Shown: piece by piece, positions 20,401 through 35,622 of the stretch
Position numbering within the stretch: position 1 is the stretch's first letter
Layout: every line of letters begins with the position of its first letter
Source: the human T2T-CHM13v2.0 reference genome, Homo sapiens
Direction: 5' to 3' (one strand)
Length of the DNA: 64,000 nucleotides
Assembly: GCF_009914755.1 (NCBI RefSeq)
Contig: NC_060925.1
Notes under the pieces: model-generated
Told to the model about the DNA's origin: nothing
Databases searched by the model: none
What the model saw: the letters and a program-made list of their open reading frames with translations, nothing else
Translations under genes and position numbers: made by a program

Positions 20401-21417
20401 TTACATTTTGGCATGATTTTGCAGCGGCTGGTACCGGTTGTTCCTTTCCATGTTTAGCGCTTCCTTCAGGAGCTCTTTTAGGGCAGGCCTGGTGGTGACA
20501 AAATCTCTCAGCATTTGCTTGTCTATAAAGTATTTTATTTCTCCTTCACTTATGAAGCTTAGTTTGGCTGGATATGAAATTCTGGGTTGAAAATTCTTTT
20601 CTTTAAGAATGTTGAATATTGGCCTCCACTCTATTCTGGCTTGTAGGGTTTCTGCCGAGAGATCCGCTGTTAGTCTGATGGGCTTTCCTTTGAGGGTAAC
20701 CCGACCTTTCTCTCTGGCTGCCCTTAACATTTTTTCCTTCATTTCAACTTTGGTGAATCTGACAATTATGTGTCTTGGAGTTGCTCTTCTCGAGGAGTAT
20801 CTTTGTGGCGTTCTCTGTATTTCCTGAATCTGAACGTTGGCCTGCCTTGCTAGATTGGGGAAGTTCTCCTGGATAATATCCTGCAGAGTGTTTTCCAACT
20901 TGGTTCCATTCTCCCCGTCACTTTCAGGTACACCAATCAGACGTAGATTTGGTCTTTTCACATAGTCCCATATTTCTTGGAGGCTTTGCTCATTTCTTTT
21001 TATTCTTTTTTCTCTAAACTTCCCTTCTCGCTTCATTTCATTCATTTCATCTTCCATTGCTGATACCCTTTCTTCCAGTTGATCGCATCAGCTCCTGAGG
21101 CTTCTGCATTCTTCACGTAGTTCTCGAGCCTTGGTTTTCAGCTCCATCAGCTCCTTTAAGCACTTCTCTGTATTGGTTATTCTAGTTATACATTCTTCTA
21201 AATTTTTTTCAAAGTTTTCAACTTCTTTGCCTTTGGTTTGAATGTCCTCCCGTAGCTCAGAGTAATTTGATCGTCTGAAGCCTTCTTCTCTCAGCTCGTC
21301 AAAATCATTCTCCATCCAGCTTTGTTCTGTTGCTGGTGAGGAACTGCTTTCCTTTGGAGGAGGAGAGGCGCTCTGCGTTTTAGAGTTTCCAGTTTTTCTG
21401 TTCTGTTTTTTCCCCAT
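20401..21417 (-). pseudogene. LINE-1 ORF1p interrupted by nonsense mutation R110X
   Basis: Two in-frame pieces (109 aa, and 218 aa from M121). AGC-TGA-TGC-GAT at 21088-21090 where the consensus has CGA. Also ARREWG changed to ARIEWR. Confidence 0.95.
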
Positions 21418-22322
21418 CTTTGTGGTTTTATCTACTTTTGGTCTTTGATGATGGTGATGTACAGATGGGTTTTCGGTGTAGATGTCCTTTCTGGTTGTTA
21501 GTTTTCCTTCTAACAGACAGGACCCTCAGCTGCACGTCTGTTGGAATACCCTGCCGTGTGAGGTGTCAGTGTGCCCCTGCTGGGGGGTGCCTCCCAGTTA
21601 GGCTGCTCGGGGGTCAGGGGTCAGGGACCCACTTGAGGAGGCAGTCTGCCCGTTCTCAGATCTCCAGCTGCGTGCTGGGAGAACCACTGCTCTCTTCAAA
21701 GCTGTCAGACAGGGACACTTAAGTCTGCAGAGGTTACTGCTGTCTTTTTGTTTGTCTGTGCCCTGCCCCCAGAGGTGGAGCCTACAGAGGCAGGCAGGCC
21801 TCCTTGAGCTGTGGTGGGCTCCACCCAGTTCGAGCTTCCCGGCTGCTTTGTTTACCTAAGCAAGTCTGGGCAATGGCGGGCGCCCCTCCCCCAGCCTCGT
21901 TGCCGCCTTGCAGTTTGATCTCAGACTGCTGTGCTAGCAATCAGCGAGATTCGGTGGGCGTAGGACCCTCTGAGCCAGATGTGGGATATAGTCTGGTGGT
22001 GCGCCGTTTCTTAAGCCGGTCTGAAAAGCGCAATATTTGGGTGGGAGTGACCCGATTTTCCAGGTGCGTCCGTCACCCCTTTCTTTGACTCGGAAAGGGA
22101 ACTCCCTGACCCCTTGCGCTTCCCAGGTGAGGCAATGCCTCGCCCTGCTTCGGCTCGCGCACGGTGCGCACACACACTGGCCTGCGCCCACTGTCTGGCA
22201 CTCCCTAGTGAGATGAACCCGGTACCTCAGATGGAAATGCAGAAATCACCCATCTTCTGCGTCGCTCACGCTGGGAGCTGTAGACCAGAGCTGTTCCTAT
22301 TCGGCCATCTTGGCTCCTCCTC
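21418..22322 (-). promoter_or_regulatory. L1 5'UTR: internal sense promoter (minus) and antisense promoter (plus), CpG-rich
   Basis: About 905-nt 5'UTR with an intact YY1 site CAAGATGGCC at 22303-22312. Confidence 0.9.
21873..22088 (+). CDS. LINE-1 ORF0 (71 aa antisense ORF)
   Basis: MAGAPPPASLPPCSLISDCCASNQRDSVGVGPSEP...RCVRHPFL is the known primate L1 ORF0 peptide; ATG at 21873. Confidence 0.88.
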   Translation: MAGAPPPASLPPCSLISDCCASNQRDSVGVGPSEPDVGYSLVVRRFLSRSEKRNIWVGVTRFSRCVRHPFL

Positions 22323-22772
22323 TATCCATTGATTAAACTTCTATTTGCTCTTGTTTCTACCCTTTGATAACGGTGAGGGAGATTTTATATAACTATAAAA
22401 AAGTATTGATTGTAGACAGACGAGACACAGAGGAAAAAACAGAAAATAAAAAAATATTCCAAAGAACAATATGCGCAAAATTGCTTATGAATATGTGACA
22501 AACATTCACCTTAAAAAATTTAAAATTTCTGGATAAATTATAATCATAATATTTTTAAATATACATCTATTTATATTCAAAATATAGAAAGGAAATCTGT
22601 GGGTGCCCCCCCGACAAAAAAAAAGAAAAAGAAAAAAGAAACTTAATATATACAGTAAGCACTGAACCTGTAAATGGCCTAGGGTGTTGTACAAATACCA
22701 AGCTTTAAAATCCATGTGGAGAATAGAAGACAAAGCCTTGGGGCTAAATGAGGCCGACAGTTGGAAATGAGA

Positions 22773-22773
<1 letters not shown>

Positions 22774-22813
<40 letters not shown>
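22774..22813. repeat. (CA)n microsatellite
   Basis: About 20 CA units. Confidence 0.95.
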
Positions 22814-22817
<4 letters not shown>

Positions 22818-23239
22818 CAAGACTCAAAGAAATACAGTATCAGTGAAAGAGTTAGAAGAACCATCCTATAGTAGCAAAAGTAGCAATGAGGAGAATTGTA
22901 TGTCAAATAAGGAGAATTCTGTCAGCTTTTATGTCAGCTATGTGTAGAAATTGGAAATAGGTATCCTTCCCAATATAATTTGCAACCAATTTGGGGAATT
23001 TCAAACAGAAACATTAAGAAAAGCCTGGAGTCAAATTAATGGTGCATAGTGGACCAGAGCCCAAAGGAAAAGCTTGTAGGAATCATTTTCTGGGAGACCA
23101 TACTTTCTCTCAGGTCATTCGTGATCTCCGCTGTTTAGAATCAGCCAAATATGAACTCATAATCTAAATAAACTTTATGATAAAAATAAAAATAATAATA
23201 AAAGCGAATGGGGAAAACAGTGTGCAGCTAAGAACTCAG

Positions 23240-24060
23240 GAAGTCAGAGGTGGTTGCCACTCTACTAAGTATTTTCTAGCCCAACTCCGAGCTGCAACTC
23301 TCCTGAAGCTACAGGACCAAATGATTTTTACTAGAATAGACAATAGCTAGGTTGTTTCAAACCTTGACAAGGACCAGACTGAACTTGGATTAAAAAACAA
23401 ACCAGCCAAAACAAACAAAAAACTAACCTGATGCAATGGACTGAATGTTTGTGTCCTCCTAAAACTCGTATGTTGAAATTCTAAACCCCAATATGATGTT
23501 ATGAGGTAATTAGGCCTTGGGGAGGTAATTAGATCATGAAGGTGGAGTCCTCATTATCCTAGAGAGAGTGGTATTAGCCTCCTTCTGCCAGGATACGATG
23601 AGAAGACTGCAGTCTGCAACCTGGGAAAGGGCCCTTACCAGAACTAGACCATGTTGGCACTCTGATCCTAGACTTCTAGCTTCTAGAACTTTGAGAAATA
23701 CATTTTCATTGTTTATAAGCCACACAGTCTATGATACCTTGTTATATTAGCCCAAACTCGCTAAGACACCTGGATGTCCAGTTGTTTTCCAATGGCTGGT
23801 CTACCCATAGCTATAGATGCCTGGCCTCTTTTGCCCAACTTTGGCAACTCTGAAAGCTAGTCCTACCATCAGCTCTCCCACTGGGTTTGCCACCTTACCG
23901 TGACTGGATTGCAGTCTAACTTCCCTCTAGACAATCCTGCTTTTTTTCTTTCTGCTTCTTCATTTCGCCCCCCAAAAAATGTTGATCCTGAGAGCATTGT
24001 CAAATAAACTTCCTGCATGCTACTCTTCTTGGAGTCATTTTACCAAGGAACTCAATCTGG
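23240..24060 (+). mobile_element. Old ERVL LTR (LTR16-like) split by an MLT1A insertion
   Basis: LTR16-type 3' end (aataaacttcctgcatgct...ggagtc...ggaactcaatct); left boundary uncertain. Confidence 0.5.
23432..23768 (+). mobile_element. MLT1A/A0-like MaLR solo LTR
   Basis: tgcaatggactgaatgtttgtgtcc ... ctaagaca; TSD CCTGA/CCTGG. Confidence 0.8.
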
Positions 24061-24644
24061 AATACCCACACTTTGCACAATTGAATTATCTGACTTATTA
24101 AAATTGTTATAATACATTTGGCTATTTCACAAAAATGCCGGTTCTCTCCAAATAACTTACTCATGTAAAGCATTTTCAAATATAATTCCAATAGAAACTT
24201 CTTGTAGAAATTGAGAAAATAATTTAAAAAAATTATCTTGGGGACCAAAGGATGAAATTTGCTAATTAAAAAGAAGAAAAAAGGGACATGTGTGAAAATG
24301 GCCATATAACATCACCCAGATGTCAGCAAATTCACCAAAAAAATATACATGGAAACTGGATATGACGAAGAAGACATTTAAGATAGTGTGGAAAGAATAA
24401 TTATTCAACCAGTGGTCTTAGTACAACTGGTTTTCCACATGGGAAAAAAAAAGTAAACCCTCCTTACATCTTACAAAAACAAAATAAAGATTAATTAACC
24501 ATAAATGTGAAAAACAAAACTTTAAAACTTCCATGAAAATGTAGGAAGCTATGTTATGATTTTAGGTGGGGAAGAACTTTTACATTGCAAAAAATACAAA
24601 TTATAGGAAAAATTCTCCAACATAAATATTAAAAAATAGAAAAT

Positions 24645-24993
24645 TAAATGCATAAAAGCAATAGCAACAAAAGCAAAAATTGACAAATGGTATCAAATAA
24701 AACCAAAGAGTTTCTGCACTGCAAAAGACGCTATCGCCAGAGTGAACAGACAACCTACAGAATGGGAGAAAATATTTGCAATCTATCCATCTGACAAGGT
24801 GTGATATCCTGAGTCTACAATGAACTTAAACAAATTTACAGGAATAAAACAAACAATCCCACTGGGCAAAGAACATGAACAGATACTTCTCAAAAGAAGG
24901 CATTCATGCGGCCAACATGGCACATGTTTACCTATGTAACAAACCTGCACGTCCTGCACATGTACCCCAGAACTTAAAATAAAAGTTGATTAA
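24645..24993 (+). mobile_element. Short older L1PA insertion with a large internal deletion
   Basis: ORF2 3' segment joined directly to the terminal 3'UTR at GCCAAC|ATGGCAC. 14-bp TSD AAAAAATAGAAAAT at 24631-24644 and 24994-25007. Confidence 0.75.
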
Positions 24994-25809
24994 AAAAAAT
25001 AGAAAATGTATCTTCATTAAAATATAACATGCTCAATGCAATGTGGTATTCTGGATTTAATTCTAAAACAGAGAAAGGATATTAGGGGGAAAATTGGTGA
25101 AATAAAAACAAAGCGCAGATTTTAATTTATAGTAGTATAACAATGTTGGTTTATAAATTGTGGTAAGTGTACCATATGTATGTAAGATGTTCACAATAGC
25201 AGAAACTGGATGAGGGGTATATGGGAACTCTGTACAATCTTTGAAACTTCTAAGTAATTCTAAAATTATCCCACAGTACAATTTTAGTATTTAAAATGAT
25301 AGTAAAAAGCAAAAGCAATATGAAAACTGGTATAAAATATTCTATAATATATATCAAAAATTATTTTGTGTCCAGAATATATATTTTTGCAACTCAATAT
25401 TTTTTTAAAATAAAACCCAGTGAAAAAATTAACTACAGCTTCACAATAGATGAATCTTAATAACATGCTACAGCTACATAATATTGAGCAAAACCCAAGT
25501 TGCAAAAGGTGTAAATGCGACTATAGATATAACATTTTAAAATATGTAAAATAATTTGCTTAGATATATACTCATGTAATAAAATAATAAATAAATAAAC
25601 TGATAAGCTCAGATTTTATAAAAAGGGAGTATACATAAAGGACTTTAAATACTTTATTTCCTAAACTGGATAGTATATGCAAAATATACTTGTTTGTACA
25701 ACTTATATATTGCATGAGAAACATTAAGAAACACATTTTTAAACATTTGAAAATCATATAAAAAAGAATACATGTGTATAAAATTAGATTCTTTCTTAGA
25801 AAAGTCTGG

Positions 25810-27590
<1,781 letters not shown>

Positions 27591-27599
27591 TGCCCTGAC

Positions 27600-30060
27600 A
27601 CTGATAACACACATAAAAGAAAAATCTAAGGATATCCCCATAATTAACTGTGAAAGCTTTTATGCTTTCTTCTAAGACTGGGAAGATTTTTCGGTTGATT
27701 GCTGTCACCACTTCTACTCAACTTGTATTGGAATAAATTAAAGTCATACAGTTTAGAAAGGGAAAATAAAACTATCAATACTTAAAAGTAAAATAATTTT
27801 TTTGCAGAAAATCCTGAAGAGTCTATCAAAAATCTAATAAAACTAAGAAGTTGGCTTAAGAAAGTCAAAAAATTCAAAAATTGATTGTATTTCTGTGTAT
27901 GAACAATAAACAATTAGACGATGAGGCTAATATAAAAAGTTTAATTTAAAATAACACCAAAAACATGAGATTTTTAGCCACTTTAAGTTTTCTCTGCTGA
28001 AAACTATACAACACTGATAGGAGAAATCAAAGACAACCTAAATATACCATGATCCTGGATGGCAAGAGTCGGTGTTGTTCAGACACTACTTGTCCCCAAA
28101 TTGTTCTATGAATTTATCATAATTCACTGAAAATCTCAACAGTTTTTTTTCATATGAACCATCATGTTGATTCTAAAATTTATAAGGAAAATCACGGAAT
28201 TTTCATTGGCCACAACAATTGTGAAAAAGTTGAAGTATGCACACTATCTGATGTCAAGACTTTCCTACAGTAATTAAGACAGCATATTCACAATAGCAAA
28301 GACATGGAATCAACCTAAATGTCCATCAGTAATAGACTGGATAAAGAATATGTGGTCCATATATACCTTGGAATACTATGCAACCATAAAAAAGAACAAG
28401 AACATGTCCTTTGCAGAGACATGGACAGAGCTGGAGGTCATTATCCTTAGCAAACTAACACAGGAACAGAAAACCAAATACTGCATATTCTTACTTATAA
28501 GTAGGAGCTAAATAGAATACATGAGCCCATGGCAGGGAGCAACACACAACAGGGCCTACTGAAAGGTGAAGGATGGGAGGAGGAAGAGAATTAGGAAAAA
28601 ATAACTAATGGGTACTAGGCACAATACCTGGGTGATGAAATAATTTATACAACAAACCCCATGACATAAGTTTACCTATGTAACAAATCTGCACATGTAC
28701 CCCCGAACTTGAAATAAAAGTTATTAAAAAGTGTAATATTGGTGAAAGAATAGATACATAGGTCAATGGAACAAAGTGCAAAACAGAACTTGCATATATA
28801 TAGTTCATTGATTTTTGACAAAGACTCAAAGGCAATTCAATGCTAAATGATAACCTTTTCAACAGAGTGCTGAAACAACTAGACATCCATATTTAAAAAG
28901 GAACTTCAAATCATACCTTGCAGCATTTTAAAATTTAAATGGATCCTAAACCTAAATAATAAACCCAAAGCTGTAACATTTCTAGGCTATGTCATAGAAG
29001 AAAAACTTTGGTACTCTAGGTTAGAAAATGTTTTCTTAAGTAGTACACAAAAACACAACTCATAAAAGAAAAAATGATCAATAGGAATATATCAAAATCA
29101 ACAGCTGATGCTCAAATGACCATATTAAAAAATAAAACCATAAGCTACAGATTGAGAAAAATATTGTTAAATATATATCTGATACAAGTCTGCTGAGATT
29201 TTAAAGTTTCTTAAAACTCAACCGCAATAATAATTTTTAAAACAGTAAGAAAAAATGGGCAAAAGATGGCCCATTCACCTAAGGAGATAGACATTTGGCC
29301 AATAAATAGATGAAAAGATATTAACCATCACTATTCACTAGATAAATACAAATTTTACAAAGAAAATACTACTAACACCTTTTAATATAACTACACTTTT
29401 AAAAAGTGATGGTATGAAGTGCTGATGGGATATGGTATAATTGGCAGATAGCAATTGATAAATAAATTGCAATGATTGCTCAAAAATTGATTGTATTTCT
29501 GTGTATGAGCAATAAACAATTAGATGATGAGGCTAATATAGCAGAATTACAAAACAGCACAGCCCCTTTAGAATACAGTTCCCAGTTTTTTATAATAAAA
29601 TAAATTGTCATTTATCTTGAGATGCAGCAATCCTACTTCTAGATATTTACCCAAGAGAATTTAAAACATGTTCACATAAGAAGAATCTATACAATATTTG
29701 TTCTATCTTTGTTCATAATTACCAAAATCTGGAAATAACCCAAACGATTTTTCAATAGATAAATAGGTAAATAAACCATAGTACATCCTTTAAAATGGAA
29801 TGCTATTCAGAAATGCAAAAGAACGAACTATTTCTGACACAAGCAAACATATGCATGGATTCCAAATGCATTATGCTAAATGAAAGAAGTCAGATTCAAA
29901 TGGTTACATATTATATGATGTTTATTTATAAGACATTTTGAAAAAAGCAAAAGTAAAGGAATGGAAACAGGTTAGCAATTTTCAAGGACTTATGGGGATA
30001 GGAGACTGATGACAAAGTGTTTTGAGGCAATTTTTCGTGGTGTTGGAATTATTCTTCATT
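27600..30060 (+). mobile_element. Old L1M (L1ME/MD-like) ORF2 to 3' fragments
   Basis: Colinear diverged ORF2-like sequence interrupted by younger elements. Confidence 0.55.
28281..28730 (+). mobile_element. L1PA15/16-like 3' end
   Basis: ttcacaatagcaaagacatggaatcaacc ... gggtgatgaaataat ... aaataaaagtt. Confidence 0.75.
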
Positions 30061-30072
30061 TGATTTTGATAC

Positions 30073-30439
30073 TGTATTAGTCCATTCTCACTCTGCTAAG
30101 ATACTACCCAAGATTGAGTAATTTATAAACAAAGGAAGTTGAATTGGCTCACAGTTCCACAAGGCTGCGGAAGCCTCAAGAAATTTACAATCATGGAAGA
30201 AGGGGAAGCAGACACCTTCTTCACAAGGCAGCAGGAGAGAGTGTGTGTGTGTTAAGGAGGGACTGTCAAACACTTATAAAACCATCAGATCTTATGAGAA
30301 CTCATTTACTATCATGAGAACAGCATGGGGGAAACCACCCCCCATGATCCAATCATCTCCCATCAGGTTCTTCCCTGGGTACTTGGGGATTAGAATTCAA
30401 GATGAGATTTGTGTGGCGACACAAAGGCAAACCATATTA
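30073..30439 (-). mobile_element. THE1C/D-like MaLR solo LTR
   Basis: THE1-type termini; 5-bp TSD GATAC at 30068-30072 and 30440-30444. Confidence 0.88.
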
Positions 30440-33235
30440 GATACAGTTGATATGTATCTGTAAGAATTTTACTGTATGTGTATTTATACTTCAATGAACC
30501 TGAACTTAAAAAAAATGTTATCTGTTTATTTGATTAATTTTGCCTTCAGTGGTATAGATTGTCTTTATTATATTTTTCCTTTAAGAGTCTGAATTCTTCA
30601 AAGGTTTAATAATTTTTTTCTTCGGTAGAACGTATTTCATTTCTAAAGATGAAGGAAAAAAAAACTAGGCCCAGTGTGTGCTACTGTGGAGGACTTGGGA
30701 GTGAGATGGTGTCTTGCAGGCACCCCTGGTTCTCTGTTCTCCCTTAATTGTTTTCCTTTAGATTATCTCAGTCCTGAGATGTTGAGTGTGGATTTGTGGA
30801 GAAGGCTTAGGAATCATTCCACTTGTTCTGGCTGCTTTGTTTTTACAGACCAATGGGTATCCAAGAATGTGTTGGTATAATCCAGGCACTTTGATGTGGC
30901 TTCCCTTTCTCATTCGCCATGCACTTCTGTAGCTGAAATTCTATCTTTTGAGCAGGGAGAGTATACTCAAACATCCAAGGGAGAAGCACTAGTAGGTGTT
31001 TTTTTTGTTTTGTTTTTGTTTTTTTTAGCTCCCTTTTCCCCTTCCCCTTCATTTTTTGGAGGAGGCAGGTTTTGTATGCACTATGAGATTTTTCTTTATT
31101 ATCCGTTGAATTTTACAAGTAAAATGGAGCAGGTGCCTCCCTGTTCTGAACTGTTTACCCAAGAAATAAAGGACTAAGCATAAAATGTAAAAGTTAACTC
31201 TATGAGCATATTTCTAAACCTTAAAACCAGAAATAAAAATAAAGAGAAACTGCAAAAATCCTTTCTGGGCTAACTTAATATTCTACTTTAGGTCTTATTT
31301 GTTTTACCTTTAATAAAGTGTGCTTTATATTCTCTTCAGTTCAACTTTTAAAAAATATTTTGTTTAATGGGTGTTAGTCCACTAGAATTTTAATACCTCA
31401 GCTATCTTAGGACTTTTCTCTGTTTGATTAAATATAGCATTAGTTGTTGATGAGAGGTGGCATACTGTCTTGTAATAAGGGTAAGGAGACTTAGATTGAT
31501 TACATAAATGATTTCACAGTGAATTTGTTTTAACCTAAATATAACTATGCCAGAAAGTACTCTCATAACTTGGGCTGGAATGAATATTTCATGCTCATCA
31601 TTAGAGTGACATTTTTAAAACTGTATTTCTTTCAATTTACTTATTTGCAATTTTCTATGTTTCATTAAAGTTTAGTTATTAGAAATGTACATTATTTTCT
31701 GTATGATGGATTTCACAATAAATTGGAACCAAAAGGCAAGTGTCCATGTTTTCAGTTCTTCTAGAAACTAATTTACTTTTCTCAAAACTTTAATGCAACT
31801 TGCAAAAAGATGTAAGTAGAGTATTAAAATGGGGAAGAAATATTTTGGTATAGACCATTTAAAAAGGAAGCAGTAGCTCTCAATAATACTTATTGAACAT
31901 AAACTCTATCCTAATAATATTGCTTAAAAGGAGTGCCAGAATGCTCATTGTGCATCTCCTATGGCTGATTCAATATAATATTGCCAGGTTTAGATAGCCT
32001 GTTTTGTCTGGAACATTGATATTTAAAATACTATTGTTCTTGACTCTTCCTTTTCTTTGTATAAAAAGGAATATACTTTTCTTGGATATTTAGATAGAAG
32101 TGATGACGCCATAGACTCCAATCTGTCCAAGATTTTTATAACAAAGTTCAGTTCTTAAGAAAAATTTGTTTGTCTAATTTAAATACATGCCATAAAATTC
32201 CCTCATTTGATTTTATCCTTTCATGTTTTAAAATAAACAGGACAGTGTACAAATCATGAATTCAAATAACCACCATGCAGGTCAAGAAGATAAAATCAGC
32301 AGCACATTCCAGGTCACCCTCTTGTCTCTACCATCCCTTCTCATCTCTCCAAATATGACCAATAACCTTAGTTTTGTCAGTGTTTGGAATTTGTATAAAT
32401 GTGATTGTACAGAATGTACCCTTTCGTATCTGGTTTCTTTCAGTCAATACTATGCCTATTTTATTTATTCATGTTAATGCATGGAAAAATAGTTCATTTA
32501 TTTTAACTTCTGTTTGGTATTCCGTTGTGTGATCATTCTACAATATATGTATTTTACCTATAGCTGGTGGGCTTTGTGTGGCTTCCAGAATAGTAATGTT
32601 ATATATAGTGCTATTATATTCATTTTTGTATGAATACAAATGGTACCTTTGTTTTGTTTTGAATAGGAGGGGATTTACTAGATAAATGGGTTATGGGTGT
32701 TTTCAACTTTGACAGACCCTAAAAGTTTCTCAAAGTAATAGTACCAAATTACCTTCTCACCAGGAATATAAGAGGTCTATTTTTTTCTAGGTCTTTGGTG
32801 ATAACTGCTGTTTTAGCCTTTTAATTTTGTCATATTTGTTGATTTGCTGCAGTATTCCATTGTTATTACTACTTTTTTTCTGATGATTTATGTGATTGAA
32901 CACCTTCTGATATGTTTATTGGCCATATGAATATCTTTCTTTTAGAGTGCTTGATCAAATTTTGTACATTTAAAATTTTCCTATTTGTTTTGTGTTTTTT
33001 TTTTTTTGGTAAATGTTCTTGATACGTTCTAATTATTAACCCTTTTCAATAACATATGCTGCAAATACATCTCACATTATGTGGATTGTCTGTTCATTCT
33101 TTATGAGATGTCTTTTGACTGAAAGAAATTCTTAATTTATTAAGGGCCAATTTATCCATCTTCCCTCAGTCCTGTTTAATAAATCTTTATCAGCACAAAG
33201 GTAAAAAAGATATTCTTCGATATCATCCTCTAATG

Positions 33236-33575
33236 CAGAGGTTGCCAAAAACTTTTTTTGTAAAGAGCCAGGTAGTAAATATTTTTGGTTTCTCAGGTCA
33301 CTCTGTTTTGTTGCACTTACTGAAGGTTGTCATTGTAGCACAAAAGCTGCCATAAAAAATACCTAATTTAATGAGAATGTTTATGTTCCAATAAGTCCTT
33401 ATTTATAGAAACTGAAATTTCAATTTCATATAATTTTCACATGTCATAAAAAGAAATTCTTCTTTTGATTTTATTTAACTATTTAAAAATGTAAAAAATC
33501 ATTCTTAGCTCACAGGCCATACAAAAGCAGGTGCTAAGCTGGTTTTGGCCTATATGGCATAGCTTGACAACACTT
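33236..33575. mobile_element. MER58B-like hAT-Charlie MITE
   Basis: cagaggttgccaaa...gtaaagagccaggtagtaaatattttt and the internal ttcatataattttcacatgtcat motif. Confidence 0.7.
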
Positions 33576-34243
33576 TAACAATAGCTTAAAGGTTTTTCCT
33601 TTTTCATTTATATTTGTAATCTACTTGACACGGATTTTTGTATATGACAAGTGGTAGAGAGGACAGAAGAATGTTGGAGGGGGTTTTTATATCCAGTTGT
33701 CTTAGCTACATTTACTGGCTATTTGTCTCTACTATGCCACCTTTATTCAAAATCAGTCATATATGTGTAGCAATGCTTCTGAATTCTCTACTTCGTTCTA
33801 TTGTTCTACATGTCCATATTTGAAAATAAACCACATATTCTAAATTGTTAATTAAAAATCTGAACATTTAGTAGAGGTACTTCTCCCTCTTTTTTTCTTC
33901 TTCAAGTTTAATTTGACTATTCTTAGCCTTTATATTTTCAAATGCATTTTAGAAATATCTTTCTGGAAGTTTGTTATGCCATTTTGCCATTATATAGAAT
34001 TTAAAGCTCCATTAGGGAACCGAGCTTTCAAACGTATGAACATAAAATACACTTCTTTTTATTTATATCCTCTTCAGTTTTACTAATTACATTTATTATT
34101 TTAGTATAGAGACATGATACAACTTTTGGCAAGATTTATCCTTCATTATTTGGTTTTATTGATGCTTTTATAAGTGATATATTTTAAATTCATTTTCGAA
34201 ATGTTTCTCATATAGGGAATACATCATATGTATTATATAATGT

Positions 34244-34908
<665 letters not shown>

Positions 34909-34952
34909 GATGCACGTTTGTGTGTGTGTGTGTATGTGTATGTGTGTGTTCA

Positions 34953-35622
34953 CAGATACTCTTCATCTTACAGTAGGGATACATCCAGATAAACCCATCA
35001 TAAATTGAAAATATTTTCAATTTATGATGGATTTGTCTGGACACAGCCCATTGAAGCTTATAAAAAGATTATCACTTAAATACCATCATAAAGTCAAAAA
35101 CTGCTAAGTCAAAGCATTGTAAGTCTGGGATTGTGATGGTTAACACTGAGTGTCAACTCGATTGGATTGAAGGATGCAAAGTATTGATCCTGGGTATGTA
35201 TGTGAGGGTGTTGCCAAAGAAGTGGGCTGGGGAAGGCAGACCCACCCTTAATCTGGTGGGCACCATCTAATCAGCTGCCAGTGAATATAAAGCAGGCAGA
35301 AAAATGTGAAAAGGCGATGCTGGCCTAGCCCCCAGACTACATCTTTCTCCAGTGCTGGATGCTTCCTGCCCTTGAACATCGGATTCCAAGTTCTTTAGTT
35401 TTGAGACTTGGACTGGCTGTCTTTGCTCCTTAAGCTTGCAGACAGCCTATTGTGGGACTTTGTAATCATGTAAATTAATACTTAATAAACTCCCCTTTAT
35501 ACATATATATATATGTGTGTGTGTGTGTGTGTAAAAGATATTCTTTGAGATATATATATATAATATTATTACTAATTAGTTCTGATCCTCTAGAGAACCC
35601 TGACTAATACAAGGATTATCTG
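34953..35622. mobile_element. MER47-like (Tigger/TcMar) element with an internal fold-back, split by an MLT2 LTR
   Basis: Start cagatactcttcatcttac...gataaacccatc; end accatcataaagtc...gtaagtctgggat[LTR]tatctg. Confidence 0.65.
35132..35611 (+). mobile_element. MLT2A (ERVL) solo LTR
   Basis: tgtgatggttaacactgagtgtcaac ... ctagagaaccctgactaataca; TSD GGGAT/AGGAT; internal TA/TG tract. Confidence 0.9.
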
